DNA from: Paraspadella gotoi | Lineage: Eukaryota; Animalia; Chaetognatha | DNA: 64,000 nucleotides | NCBI GenBank assembly: GCA_051294375.1 | Contig: CM119264.1 | Span: 17,434,278-17,498,277, forward strand | Reading direction: 5' to 3' | Part shown: piece by piece, positions 29,074 through 42,765 of the stretch | How positions within the stretch are numbered: position 1 is the stretch's first letter | Layout: each line of letters opens with the position of its first letter | The notes under the pieces: generated by a model | Seen by the model: the letters and a program-made list of their open reading frames with translations, nothing else | Database searches by the model: none | Told to the model about the DNA's origin: nothing | Program-made: the position numbers and the translations under genes

Positions 29074-32000
29074 CCTATGAAATAAAAATTCGTTGTTACA
29101 CATTCAAAATCTGTTATTCCTTAAACACAAACACCACGAAAAAGAAAGAATCACAACAATGTCATTTTTTTCTTGAATTTTTTTCGGGCTTGTTTTCGTT
29201 TGTGGAGATTTATAATTTTATCTTTTTTTCTTCATTAATTATTTGGTTTTTCATTTTTTATTGAGAGTCAACGTTTTGGTTTTTTTTTAACGCATTATGA
29301 TATATAATTGTTTTATTAAATAGCAATAACTGGTAAGCGCAAATATAAAAAAAAACCTTTTCAACAAAAGAAACGGTTAAAAGGGGGCAGCACGACGATG
29401 GTTTTTTTCCTCCCTTTGACGGACGCACGTGCTCCGGATTGTCGCCGACTATACGAGCGTTCGGGGATCGCGGAGCGCGCGACCTTCGCCCGGTCACGCC
29501 GACGACGACGACGACGATATCGAAGACAGTGCTGATGACGGCGACGATCACGACTTCGACCGATCACGACGAATGGTTATCATCAGAGTCTTGGTTGGTT
29601 TGCAGTCGGATGCGACATGATTGGTCGACGAATTTCGACAAACGCGCGTCCTCGTTACTAACGACGACGAGGACAACGACGACAACCGGGAACGGCCACG
29701 CATAAACAACGACGACGACGACGACGACTTTTTTTAGGCGGGCGCCCGATATGAAAATCGGTCAATACGTCATTAAGACGACGAAACGGCCAGAGGCGCC
29801 GCTAGGACGGGTCGAAGGCAGAGGAATGGACGCTCATGGATGTGGCATGCTCGAGCATGGAAGGAGAAGGAGGGGAGTTAGGCTCTCGAATAAAGTGGCA
29901 GGGAATGAACTGGGCGTTTTGTTGGAAAAAACAAATGAATATGGAATAATGGATAATTGGTCAATGACGGGTGAGAGGCAGATCCGTAGTATCATAATCA
30001 GGCAATTGACTCGAGAACATATTGTTAAGATGTAACGTAGAAGAAGAAACAATAACAACTAACATAGGGTTTCATGGCGTTATAAAAGGGGGTGTGTCCT
30101 TCCATGTACCCTTTTCTCCATGAGCGCTAACAAAAGAAGCAAAAAAAAAAAGAGAGAAAAAAAATGTCGCGCTTTTGATTATTGATTTTTGTACGTGAGT
30201 GTTTGTCTGAGCGTGCAGTCGCGCGCTCCCCTTGGGCGTTCAGTGCGCGTATGTGCCAACGTCGTGTGCACGCTCGAGTGTTTGTGTGTCTTTTTGGGTG
30301 AACGAATGTTTATGACCGTGGAGAGAAATTTTGTCGTTCGGCCTCCTTGCCTCCTCCTCCATTTCCCCCACCATTTCCCCCCCCCCAAAGTGACGGATGT
30401 TTTCCAATACTTTTTCCCAGTCGCGGGTAAGCGACTTCTGAAAGACGGTTTTCGGTCCGTCGTTCTTTTTCAGATTCTTTAGTTGTCAAGTTGAGAATAA
30501 TTTTAATTTTTGAAAAAAGTATAGATATTATGACATATTTTTGTGATATCTACTATTTTTGAATGTGAAAACACTTTTTTAAATATTTTTTTTTTATTTA
30601 CAAATTTTCCTCAATTTTTAGGAACCCTACCATTTTTTTCATTTTTTCCCATCCGCAATCACGTCGGATAAATCTTCCTTTCTTCTTTTCTTTTTCCCTC
30701 CTTACTTTTTTGACTCGATGATGTTGTGAGTTCGTCGCTTCGATCTCAGCCTTTGTCGTCGTCGTCGTCGTCGCTTCGATCTCAGCCTTTGTCGTCGCTT
30801 TCTTCGTTAAATTCGTTTCGACGCGGAGTCGCTCTTGCGCGAGACACGCTCTCCGTCCAACGTCCGCCTCTTTTCCTCTTTTCAGTTGTTGTTTTTGTTT
30901 TATTTACGTTCGTCCACTTGATTAGATTCTTGGAATTCGAAACGACAGAAACAAATTTCCTCCGTTATAGAATTACTCTCCGTTTTTCACTCTCCCTTTT
31001 CATTTAACTTATATCTTTATTTGCTCATTATCGATTTTCTGCTTTCCGCTCATATCGATTATATTAGCTCCCATAATTACGTTTTCGGTTGATTGAACGA
31101 GATGATTTAATATTGTAGACCGTGCTATCCTCATATTTATTTGGGAAAGATGTTCTTTTTATGGTTCGACCCGATCGAGACTCCGATTCTCCTCAATCAA
31201 CTTCTTGTCAAGTTTCAAAATCGGACTTGACGGACCAATAATTTTCAACATCCCTCCGATTCTCTTTGTAATTGATTGCACACTTTCAATTTCGCTCCTT
31301 CTTCCAAACCTGACGCATTTTCGATTCTCTTTTCGCTCTTTTTTCTCATCCAAGGAAGAAGACAGTCTATCTCTTACTGTGAGCTTGAAGGATATACCAT
31401 GAAGGGTGTTCGTTCGTTCCAAGTCGTTCTTTACCCCAATAATATATCAAAAAAATTTTGTTTGGCTCAGTTAAACAATAGTTATGTTAGACAAACAAAA
31501 GACTTTCTTTAGTGAAGTAGCTTTTGAAGGCCCGAAAATGGTGCATAAAGCCGCCATCCATTTGTTTAATTCTAATTCTCTCTCTCTCTCTCTCGCATTT
31601 CATGTTTTCCTTTTTTTATATTTTCCTCCTTCCTTACACCCTTAGTAATGCACCACTCTTTCTATCACCGTCTCTCTTCCCTTTCCCGCCCTTTCAATTT
31701 GCCTTTTCCTTTCTCACTTATCCCTCCATTCCAGTCTCCAATTTCTGTTTATTTCTTTTTCCTTTTTTTTTTTTGCTTTCTTTTTTCCTCTCTGTTTGGC
31801 TTTGATCATATTTTCCCAGGTTTATTCTAGAGAATCGAAAGCTGAAGAGGAAAATAAAAAAAAAATGTTTTGTTGATTATCGCCCGAATCGAACCCGAAT
31901 GGCAAAAGGTGTGCATGAAAAGGTTTTCTTCCTAAAGAACCTTTTTCTCGAATTTTCTACTTGAGCTTTGTATAATTCGGTAACAATTAATTTTCTATCA

Positions 32001-32300
32001 AAATTGAATTTGCGGCTTTTTATAATCTCATTTTTCTCTAGTCAATTAGTTTTTTCCGCTTTTTTCTAGTTTAACGGTTGATATTTTCTTTAACTTTAAA
32101 ACTACGTTTATATTTTCTGCTCCTGTTTTTCTACTTATTCTCCGACCACTCAACCCCCTCCTATAAACATTGATCCTAATTTTCTCTTCTCTTTTAAGAT
32201 TCCCCTGACATACTCCTTCCCTTTTAACAACTTCCCCTTCCCCTCAACTTGTGATGAGATGATTTTCTCGGGAATCGACGGGTGATGAATATTGCGTCGA

Positions 32301-32706
32301 CATGTCTGGGAAAGAAGATCACGACGTTGCTGGGAGAGACGACCACGACGTGGATGGGAAAGAAGATCACGACGTGGCTGGGAGAGACGACCATGACGTG
32401 GATGGGAAAGAAGATCACAACGTCGCTGGGAGAGATGACCACGACGTGGATGGGAAAGAAGATCACAATGTGGCTGGGAGAGACAACCACGACGTGGATG
32501 GGAAAGAAGATCACGAAGTCGCTGGGAGAGATGACCACGATGTGGATGGGAAAGAAGATCACGACGTGCTGGGAGAGACGACCATGACGTGGATGGGAAA
32601 GAAGATCATGAGTCACTGGGAGAGACGACCACGACGTGGATGGGCAAGAAGATCACGACGTTGCTGGGAGAGACGACCACGACATGTCTGGGAAAGAAGA
32701 TCATGA
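32301..32706 (+). repeat. 48-bp minisatellite (~8.4 units, two 24-bp halves), open as (GKEDHDVAGRDDHDVD)n
   Basis: Unit gggaaagaagatcacgacgtNgctgggagagacgaccacgacgtggat; single-base deletions in units 6 and 7. Confidence 0.95.
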
Positions 32707-35700
32707 CTTCGATCTCTCTGAGCTTCTTTCGACGCTGATGGAAATCCCAATCATGACGAACATGGGAACGTTCATGATATGAGAAAAATATCGATCCCAA
32801 CGTCGACAAATACGCACAGAGCAATCATTGATATCATAGCTATCATTGATGTTTAAGAAGATCAAGATGTCGATGGGGAAGCTCGATCAGGTTGAGAAAG
32901 GCGACTTGTGAGCGCGGATTACTTTCCACAACCGCGTAAGAAATTTTAAGTTTTACTATAATACTATACGATCGCGCAACAAAAATTAATTGCATACGAT
33001 TACGATGACGACGACGGGCGCTGGAGATTGCAACTCAATCGACACTGACGAACGAATTATTCACGAATTCTCGGGAAAAAAAGTATTCAAAATACATATA
33101 TAAATTAAATACTAAATCCTTCATAAAAATATTAAAATATTAAAATAGAAAAATAAAAAAATAGTGAAACAAGTAATTTGCAAATTTCCATACATATATA
33201 AAAATAAATAGTATGTGACCCGTCGTTCGAAAAGGAAATGAAAATTCTGATGTCTCAACTGGAAAGGAAGCGAGCTGCCAAAAAAATCGAATTTCTCGAC
33301 ACCAGGGATCGAAATTAAATCTTCCCTTAAACGTTTTTTTTTTCTTGTCAACCGACGTCAACACGCCAACCGTTGATACGAGTGACGCAGAAGCTTGACG
33401 TCGACAACTTTTAACGTTCGTCACCACCGTCGATCGACGGCCGACCGGAACTCGCCCGTCGCACGCGATTTCAGTTATGTTTACTTTATTATCACGGGTC
33501 GGTTATTCGCGCAACTTAAATTCATCGTTTTTAAAAATCCGATTATATCCTTGTCTCACCTTCGTTGTATACCGTTACGAGGTTACAGTTTACTGGTTAT
33601 TTTCTTTTCAGTTACGACTATCATCATCAACAAAATAACGTTTAAATTCAGAATAAATGTCAATGATTAAATGATTACAAGTTGCCTCCGAGTTTAACTT
33701 TGGGCCTTGCGACTTTCGTTTCTTAACTTTTTTTTTCCTCTGGAGAACGAGAGTCTAAACGATTTCTAGTTTCTCTCTTTCACGAATACCAATGGAGAAA
33801 TTCGACCCGACTCTTCCCGCCTTTCCTAGTAGGAGTAGCTCTCTCCCTCCATGTACTTACCGTCTTTCAACTTATTTTACTTATCTTCCGACTTCTTACT
33901 TATTCCATACTTACCCCATACAGCTTTAACTGTCCCCTTAATCTAAGGAACTCACAACTCCCTCTCTTACTTTACCTCCTAGTCCTAGCAGCAGTCCCCC
34001 CCAAACCATCTTTCCCTAAACCCTTTGCTTCTCCTTAAGTATCGAGTTGATCTTCGTTGTCGTCGTTGTCGTCGTCTTCGACGTCGAAAAGTCGCGTTTG
34101 AAACCTGTTGCCTAATGGCGCTCGCGATGTTTGTTGGCTCAACGCCGGTAACGGTAATTGCAAAGTCGGTTCGTCGTAGCTGGCGACGGCGGGGTTGTCG
34201 CTGCCGAAACGATGACGCCGTCTCTCACGAATTAAACTGTCATTTTCTCTATATGAATGTTTGATTAAGCTTTTTTTTTGTCGGAAGAAAAGTTATAAAA
34301 ATTTATTTATTTATTTATATCTTTTTTTAGTTTTAGAAAATAAATTTTGATTTTTTCACAACGATTTATTAGCAGGCATGTTATATGAATAAATTCGTTG
34401 TGAAGAATCAAAATTTGTTTTCTAAATCTTTTACCAACGAAACGTAAGGAAAACCAACAAATCTTTTTTAGTAAAATTTTCATGAACTCGTTGCGGATTT
34501 CGTTTGTGAAAAGCGGAAAGACATTTTTCGCCAAGTGTACAGAACGGAGAATACTATTGTAACTACCATAAACATACGAGGAACTGACTGTTATTAAATT
34601 CGTAAAACCAATCTAAAAATTATCCATTGAGTCAATGAAGCTTGTATACTATCAGAGTTTATGGTGACTTACAGTCTGACGTCTTTTTTCCGTCCTGAAA
34701 GCCCGCTAACTCGATCAAGTATCATCCTTTTCTCGCGTTCATATCTGATCGATGCAGCTCTCCGTATTGTCTATTGGAGGCGATGGCTTCTCACCCTGAA
34801 AAGACCGGGAAAATTGGACGATTTCAGGTCTTATATCTGTTTCGACGCAAAGGGGAAACGAAAATTGATGCCCACGACAAAGTGCGGGTCCAAAAATATC
34901 TGCGAGAAATACGTAATATCGAAGACGAAATGTTTTGAAATCATTATTGTACTATTTATAGTACGTATTCAAAAACCCTGCCGCAGCGTCCGAAAATTGC
35001 AAGAGAAAAATGTATCATTGTATCCGTTTTCTTTTCACCGACAAATTCAATTCCATCAGCCTTTTTTTCTTATTCGCTAGAGAATCCATGAGGTTTTTTT
35101 ATTCTACTAATGGAGAGAAATTCCATCAGAAGTGGGTGAGTCAGCCGCTATCTTATGTCGATTCCTTCTTTTTTTAATGTTTTCTTTTTCGACGTCAAAC
35201 GATTTGTCTTTGGTCGGAAAAAAAAACTCGCGATGTAAGATTTTCCTCTCGAGTTTCCACTGTTTCAAGAGTTTCATGTTCCACTCGAGTGACGTTATGG
35301 ATTATGTCCACCGAGTCGTCGTCGTAGTCGTTCAGTCGTCGCCGTCATCGTCGTCGTCCTCCGTCGTGCATCGTCGTCGTCGTTGTCGTCGTCTTCTTCC
35401 GGCCATCACCCTCATGGCAGCGGCGGTCGAAAAAAAAAAAAGAAAAAAAAAACAGAGAGAGAAAAAAGCAGACATCACTTTATAGATTTCTTTTTTATGG
35501 TGAAGATTTTTAGGCGGAAAAGACGAGAGTCGAGTGCTGGCAGTTGACAATCGGGTGACGACTTTGAAAATAGAGAGTGTTAGAGATTGCACATTTCCTT
35601 ACGGACTTGGGAACACGATTGAGCATCCTTCATATTCATTTCTCTATTGTTGACTCATCAATAACCGTAACGCCATTAGTAGTATTAATTGAAGTTAGTT

Positions 35701-36509
35701 GTAATTCAGTTGACAGTTATAAGGACAATCGAAATAGCAATCAGTAGAGCCATTGAAAGAGCTGTGGAAGAGCCATTGGAAGAGCTGTGGAAGCTCAAAA
35801 GCTACAAAATATAACCATTTATTAATACTAATTCCACTATTTAATAATTTTAGTAAATCAATCAATTACCATGGTCCCAGGGCAATCTCTTCAAAAAATA
35901 AAAGTTGCCCTTTCTTTTATACAAAGACTAAATTTAATGGACCAATGAGAAGAGAGATCTTCTTTAAAATTGAGAATTCAATCATTAACTACTATTGATA
36001 GAATTCAACCAATGAGAGTAAAGATAATATAAAATCATTAAAGTTGAGACTAAAACCAATTGACGTGATTCAGATATTCACGAAGAGAATTTGTTTGAAT
36101 TAAAATCATTTCTAACAGAGAGCAAAAAATGCGCTGGAAGCTAAAGTCGTGGCCTCGGGGCAATCGGTGATGATCGATCGCTGAAACGTGAGTGTTTAAC
36201 CCCATTAGATGTCGCATCACTAGTAACATGATGGATATGGGCGAGTAGGGAAAGGTGAAAAAAGGAAGGAAGGAATCGATTATGGTTAACGGAGGTGACT
36301 TTTGTTGACACACTCTATTTATTTTGATCGGGATGTTTTCTGTCAGCTTTCCAGCTTTTGTACAATTTTTTTTTTTTTTTTGGTTCTTTTACATAAGTTA
36401 TTGGACAAAAGGATCAAAAAAATTTAAATCCTTTATCGTTTTCTTGTTAATTTCAGAAAATAAAAATTGAAAATGTTTTGATTTGCCACATAATTTACAC
36501 ATATTGTTT

Positions 36510-36512
36510 ATT

Positions 36513-36589
<77 letters not shown>

Positions 36590-36604
36590 TAATTATTATT
36601 ATTA

Positions 36605-36678
<74 letters not shown>

Positions 36679-36690
36679 TATTATTATTTA
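36510..36690. repeat. (TTTA)n followed by (ATT)n microsatellite
   Basis: Directly visible. Confidence 0.97.
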
Positions 36691-37279
36691 TTATTTACAT
36701 TTATTATTCACATTCACAAAACGTGTGCTGAAGACGTCATCACCTCAAGATTTAATGAAACTTTTTACATTAAACATTTTACCTCGAAATCCTGGTTAAT
36801 AAATGATTTGTATCTCTATTCGACTTTTCTTTTTATACGTTGTACCTCACTGTTACACTCGCCACCAGCAAAATACAAATTTTACTACGCAAGAGAGAAT
36901 AGTGAAACAAATCTGCAAATGGTACATAATTATCTCAATTTTTGTCAGTGAACCAAAATCATTTGGCCCAACGTTTTACTTTTTCATTTTTCTTTTGCTT
37001 GAGTAATATATTCTGTGTATATCTGTCTGTCTGACTTTTCAGCAGGATTATTCATCCCTTGGCTGCCTCTTCCTATTATTTCGCGCCTCTTTTATTCCTT
37101 AGTTTGCTGTTTTATAGGTTCGTTTCTTTCCTTATTCTTATGTTCCTCGCTTTATTGCTTTTATTCTTTCTCCCAGATTCCCCTCCCTCCCCAGAGTTCT
37201 TTTTGATTCGGAGACCTCTGGGTTTCCCCTTCTCTTTAAGCTTTCATCCACTCTCCTTCGCTGGCTCCGATTTCCGCCA

Positions 37280-37324
<45 letters not shown>

Positions 37325-37366
37325 ATATTTTTCTCCCCTCGCTCTCTCCCCACTGTTGGTCTCCCA

Positions 37367-37404
<38 letters not shown>

Positions 37405-37612
37405 CTTCTCTCTCTCCTCTCTCCTCTCTCTCTACCACTTCCTCCAAAGCCCATCTCGACCGCGAACGCCATTGACCGAATGTCATAAATGGGAGCCTAA
37501 TAAAAACAATGTGCCATATCGTTTTTGTGTGGATAAGGAAAATCGTCCGGGTTCCGAGAATGTGGGAAGATACGGGGGGGAGGAGGAGGAGGCCACGCGG
37601 AAGAAGGAGGAT

Positions 37613-37705
37613 CCAATCAGGGGTAAGTAGCCAATCGAGAAAAGCGGCTGGCGACTCACCAACCGGCCGCGCGGCGAAAGCCGAGACGACCGAAAGAAGG
37701 TGAGT
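37613..37705 (+). promoter_or_regulatory. Possible promoter/first-exon region: two CCAAT boxes and an AAG|GTGAGT donor
   Basis: CCAATC at 37613 and 37631 in a GC-rich patch; consensus donor at 37700. Confidence 0.25.
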
Positions 37706-38692
37706 TCGGTTCGTGGAAAAGGTTTTGGGTGAGGGAAAGTGAAAGCGACGGGGTAAAGGAAAATAAGGACGAGACGAACTAGAAACGATTCGACATGAGG
37801 AAAAGAGCAAAAGTCAAAACGCAGAGACTGGCAGGGTGATGAAAGAAAAGGGACTTTGTCTGGGTGGTCAAGCAAATGGCGGGGTGAAAAGCGAGGTTTT
37901 CTACGCAACAGCTGACGCCGCTGACGGGATTAGTAGTGACGCAATTTTTCGGTTCGATGGTTGACCAACCTGGACTAAATCTGGTGGAAGAAGCCTGAGT
38001 TGGTGGCCTTTTGGTGGTCCGCAAATTGGGTAGTGGAGAGACAAAGTGGTTTTTTTCTGATAAAGTTGCTTTTTTCCCCCCGTGGGTGGCTCCTGGTGAA
38101 TCAGGATGTGGAAAGGAATTGAAGTGTAGTTGTTTCGGCGCCAAGAAGTTTCGAGCTTCGATGGACGAGACGGTGCGACTCGCGTGAACCGAACTGATGA
38201 AGGAGTCAAGTGTTGGGAAAACAGAGGAAAGGGGAAAGGGAAAAGTAAGGTGAGGCGAAGAAGGAAAAAGAAGGAAAGCAGAAAAGAAAGAAAAAAAAGC
38301 GATATTTGCGATGTAAAAAGAGCAATAAAGAAGAGACCGATAATTACGTAGCACCGAGAGAATGCCGGAAATAGAAGTATTAATATGGAAGACCCAAGAT
38401 TAAGACCTGATATTTGTTTGTATGTTATAACGCTTGCCAATCCCTTCTTTCCTCACCCGCGCCTCACAGCTCTCCCCCCCACCCCTTACGACGGAAAAAT
38501 CCCAAACTAATTGAGTCTGAAACCAAAAGCTGTCTTCCACGAGTCAAACTCGGTGGAAAGCTGAAAGCCGCGAGCCAGAGACTTCCGATTTTTTTCTCCA
38601 ACTCTTTTCTTTCATAAGACAAAGGAGAGCGAAACGAACCCGCACTCATTTCCGCCAATCCTTCTATTCTTTGTTTTTTTGTCTGTGTGTCT

Positions 38693-38779
<87 letters not shown>

Positions 38780-41259
38780 TCCCGAGCTTTATTTTTTCTT
38801 TTCCGTTTTCATTCTTTAATTTTTTTTGTTTCATAATATTTTCATTTCGACCCATTTTTAGAACCGATTTTCTTTCCTCAATGATGGAGAAACCCCCCCC
38901 CCCCCATAAAAAAAAACAGAGAAAAGTGTTGGGGAAAATCGATGGGGAGAAAATTTCTGGGTCAGGAAATGAAGGGAAAAAAAGGAATCGAGGGGTCGAT
39001 GAAATGGAGAATTAAAGATTAAAGGGAAAGGAAAAAGAAGGGAGAAGAAATGAATGAAAAATGAAAAAGAAATTAATCTCGTCATTTCCCTCCAATTAAT
39101 TTTGAGTTTTTGAGATGAAGTAATGAAATAAAAACTGAGAAATGAGCATCGAAAACTAAGTAAAAAACGTTGAAAGAAAGATCAAAGAAAATAGAAATAC
39201 GTATGGAGTGGGAAGAAAATGAAAGCGATTCTTTTAATTTTTAGCAATATGTATATTGTATAATTTGGTGAATAGATTTGTTTGCATTTCTTGACAAAAA
39301 CCAAATTTAGAAATCGACAACCAACAATGATAAAAGTTAAATGTAAAGTAAGTGTCAAAAATGAGAAGGAAAAAAAAATCTATAAAAAAAGAAAGAGACC
39401 ATTCCGGGTTGTTAAGTATTAATAATTAATAAGTAATTAAGTAATAAATAAGTGATAAGTAATAAATAAGTAATAATTAATAAGTAAGTCTAAGAAGAAA
39501 AAAATAAAATAAAAATAAATAAATAAAATAAAATCATGAAGTTTCAAATCCTAGTTAATAGAGTTTTTTCCTGAATTATTATTTCTTCAAAGAAATAAAA
39601 TATTGTCGAAAGGCTTTAGAAATTGAATAAAAAAGAATAAAAAAATAAAAAAAAGATTAGCCTGAGGATAAAACTCGCGTCGATTCCACGGCTGGAAGTT
39701 CAATTAGAGAAAAAGTGAGGAGTTAAAACGAAAGTCGCACGAAGCGTAAAAAGAAATCATCAAAAGGAATTAAGAAAGTTTTTTTTTCTTTTTCACTCAT
39801 CACGTGAGAAAGAAGGCAGAATGGAGGAAAAAGGTGAATGAAAGAAAAAGATTAAAATGGGGACCAAAGAAAAAGAGGTGAGAGAGAGGAAGGAGGGAAG
39901 TCTAAATAAAAGGAATTGGAGGAAAGTTCAAAAGTAAAAGAGAGCTCTATATAATAGTAGAATTTAAAAAGTTAAAGAAGTACAGAGACTCGAGGGGTAC
40001 TTAAAGTAGCATGAAGAAAAATATAGCGAATACCAGAATGAAAATACAATAATGAAAATAATGAAAATAATGAAAATAAAAGGGGGGGAAAGTAGAAAAG
40101 AAATGAGAAAAAAGAAAAATGGAAAGTGGAAGAAATAGCGGAGAACAAAGACGATCAAAAAGTGAATTTCATTAAACTATAAAAAAAAAAGAGAAAAAAT
40201 AGTGAATGCAGACAATAGGAAATAAAAAGAGAAGATAAAAATAACTGAAGGTGAAAATACATGGAGAAGGAAATAAAAAACGACGCGAAGAGAAAGCAGA
40301 AGAAGGATAAGAAAAGTTAGATTAAATCGGAAAAAAGAAGAATAATCAATGACTAAAATGCGAAAATCATGCTTGTTATTGTAGTAACAATATTTTTTGA
40401 TATTATAGTAAATTAAACAAAAAAAACAAACAAACTATTTAACAGTTTTTCGTTCTTTGGGGAAAATCGGTACTATTATCGTTAGTGACCAGTCAGGCGT
40501 CAAAAAAGGAATGCAAACAGATGTAAAAATATAAATGAAAAGAAAATGGCACCTTTTCGGGCAAAAACGCGTTTTCCCTTTTCGCGCCCTCGCAGGTCGA
40601 CGTCCGAAAAACTCTGGACTTTTTCTCCGCGAAAGTTATTTTGTTTTTGTTTTTTTGTTTTCCAAAAATGGCGCCGATATATTTTATGCTTTTAGGCTGT
40701 TGCNNNNNNNNNNAACAAACAAAGAAAAGAATAGAGCGACAACAAAATAAAAGAAATTAAAGTCAGCGCGAGTGAGAAAGACAACGTTGGGAAACAGAGA
40801 AAAAAAGAGAGAGAGAGAGTGGGAGAGAGAGAGAAAAAGAAAGAGAGAGAGAGAGACAGAGCGCAACAACGGACTCTTGTCGGTTTCGTCTCACACACAC
40901 ACACAACATTTGAAGATTTGGCTCTGGAGACTCAACCCGACTAGAAAATGAACTAGTAAACTTTGGCGGTTCCTCCTTTCTCTTTCCCTTTTCCTCCTCT
41001 TTTATCCACCTTTTTCCTCACTTTCCTCCCGTTCTCTTAGCTCAGTACGCACCTCTGCATATTTTTCCTTTTTTAGTTTTTACTCCCAACTCCTTCCAAA
41101 CTTTCTTCTTTCCTATTTTCTTTGTCTTTTCCACTTATTCTCTTTCTTCGCCTACCAATTTCCATATCGTCTTTTACCTTTAAGCATGCTTCACTTTAAC
41201 TTTTTCCACAGCTTTACTCTTCTTGTCTTTTCTTCTCTTTCCCTAACGCACTTCTTTTC

Positions 41260-41400
41260 CCTTTCCTTTCCTTTCCTTTCCTATCCTTTCCTTTCACTTC
41301 CTTTCCTTTCCTTTCCCTTTCCCTTTCCTTCTATTCTTTCCTTTCCTTTCCTTTCCTTTCCTTTCCTTTCCTTTCCTTTCCTTTCCTATCCTTTCCTTTT
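41260..41400. repeat. (CCTTT)n pentanucleotide repeat
   Basis: Directly visible. Confidence 0.95.
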
Positions 41401-42110
41401 CTATCATTTTATTTCGTTTTCCCTTTCCGCTTAAGGACTCTTCTCTTCTTCTCATCACCTTCAATTCATTCCTCTCACCCACCGCCTTTTTAACCCTTTA
41501 ACCCCTTTCATTTTACCCGCCCTTTGTTTTACACCAAGCATTTGCTTACTCTTCTTCCTAACTTCCTCCAGTGGCTAAATACCGTCGCCTTCGGGTCACG
41601 GGTGAAAGCGGCGAAGGGCGATGGCGGATCCAGGCAAATCCGGACGAGACAACATTGAGTTTATAGAGAAACAGGAAAAAAATTCAAATGCAATGAAGCT
41701 TTCATGAAGCGCCGCCCACGCCGATTGAATTTGGTCATCTTCCACCAACTCCACCCCGCTAACACCACTACCCCCCTTTACACACACCCCCCGATCCACT
41801 GCAGCTTTCCCCATTTCGGACCTTAATTGTTTTCAATTCAGCCGGGGCTTCTGTCGAGATGCAAATTAATGGAGCGCAAAACCAAGTCGACAAGAAAAGA
41901 AACCTCTCATTTTGTTGGGGAAAAAAAACTGGTTAGTTAATTTAAGCAGGCAGTTTAGATTATTTAAATAAGTACACCGAGGACGCAGTTTCAGACTATG
42001 TTAAGCGGGCGATTTTTTTTATTTTCGAGAAAAAAGTGATAACCCCGTATTTCGCTAAAAGGTTTTTCCCTGTACTTATACAAATTCCAGAAACATACTT
42101 ATACAAAATA

Positions 42111-42765
42111 CTGGGATGGGACCATATATCGAGACAAAATTTAAAAAATCATTACTCTAAAACTGTTAATGATTTTTAAAATCTGAATAAATATTGGTAT
42201 AGTACTCTCTCTTAGCTTTTAGACGATATATTAATTGTTTTGAAATTCTTTGATATATTATGCTTTTTTGGATGCAGCAAAGGTTTTCTCCGGTTTGGAA
42301 GAAAAATGTTTGAAAACTTATTGTTAAATCTCATTAAAAGTTAAAAATATTTTTGTAGTATTTGTAGTTTTATAATGCTTCTGAAATACATAAAGTATTT
42401 GATAATTTAAGCATATTCATTATAATCTTCCTAAAATTTTATTTAACTAACCTGAAAAAAAATTAAATAGGTCTAATTTAGATAGTGATGAAAAGCTTAA
42501 AATCAGGAGAATTGAAGATAAGACATACCACTGTCATGTTCAGAAACGACCAGTGAAAAATATTAACAGGTATGGCTTTTTTCGTATGTAATACAATGCG
42601 CGAGCATAAAAACGACAAAATGTTTTGAAAACATCCACGACGCCTTGTAGTTGCTTAAAATTTTTTTTAAAAAGTAAAAAGCCCCAAAAAACTTTTGCCA
42701 CTCATTTTATTATTGTGTATCAAATAGTTCAGACAGTTTTGTCTCGATATAGGGTCCCACCCCTG
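42111..42765. mobile_element. ~655 bp MITE, Tc1/mariner-type
   Basis: 29-bp imperfect TIRs ctgggatgggaccatatatcgagacaaaa and ttttgtctcgatatagggtcccacccctg, flanked by TA on both sides; AT-rich non-coding interior. Confidence 0.85.

Larger units (their letters stand above)
28600..29125. repeat. Inverted repeat with ~140 bp arms (28600-28745 and 28975-29125), each carrying a hammerhead core; Penelope-like pLTR remnant or fold-back artefact
   Basis: tttaaggaataacagatttt...gttagttttttagagag is the reverse complement of ctctctaaaaactaac...aaaatctgttattccttaaa. Confidence 0.88.
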
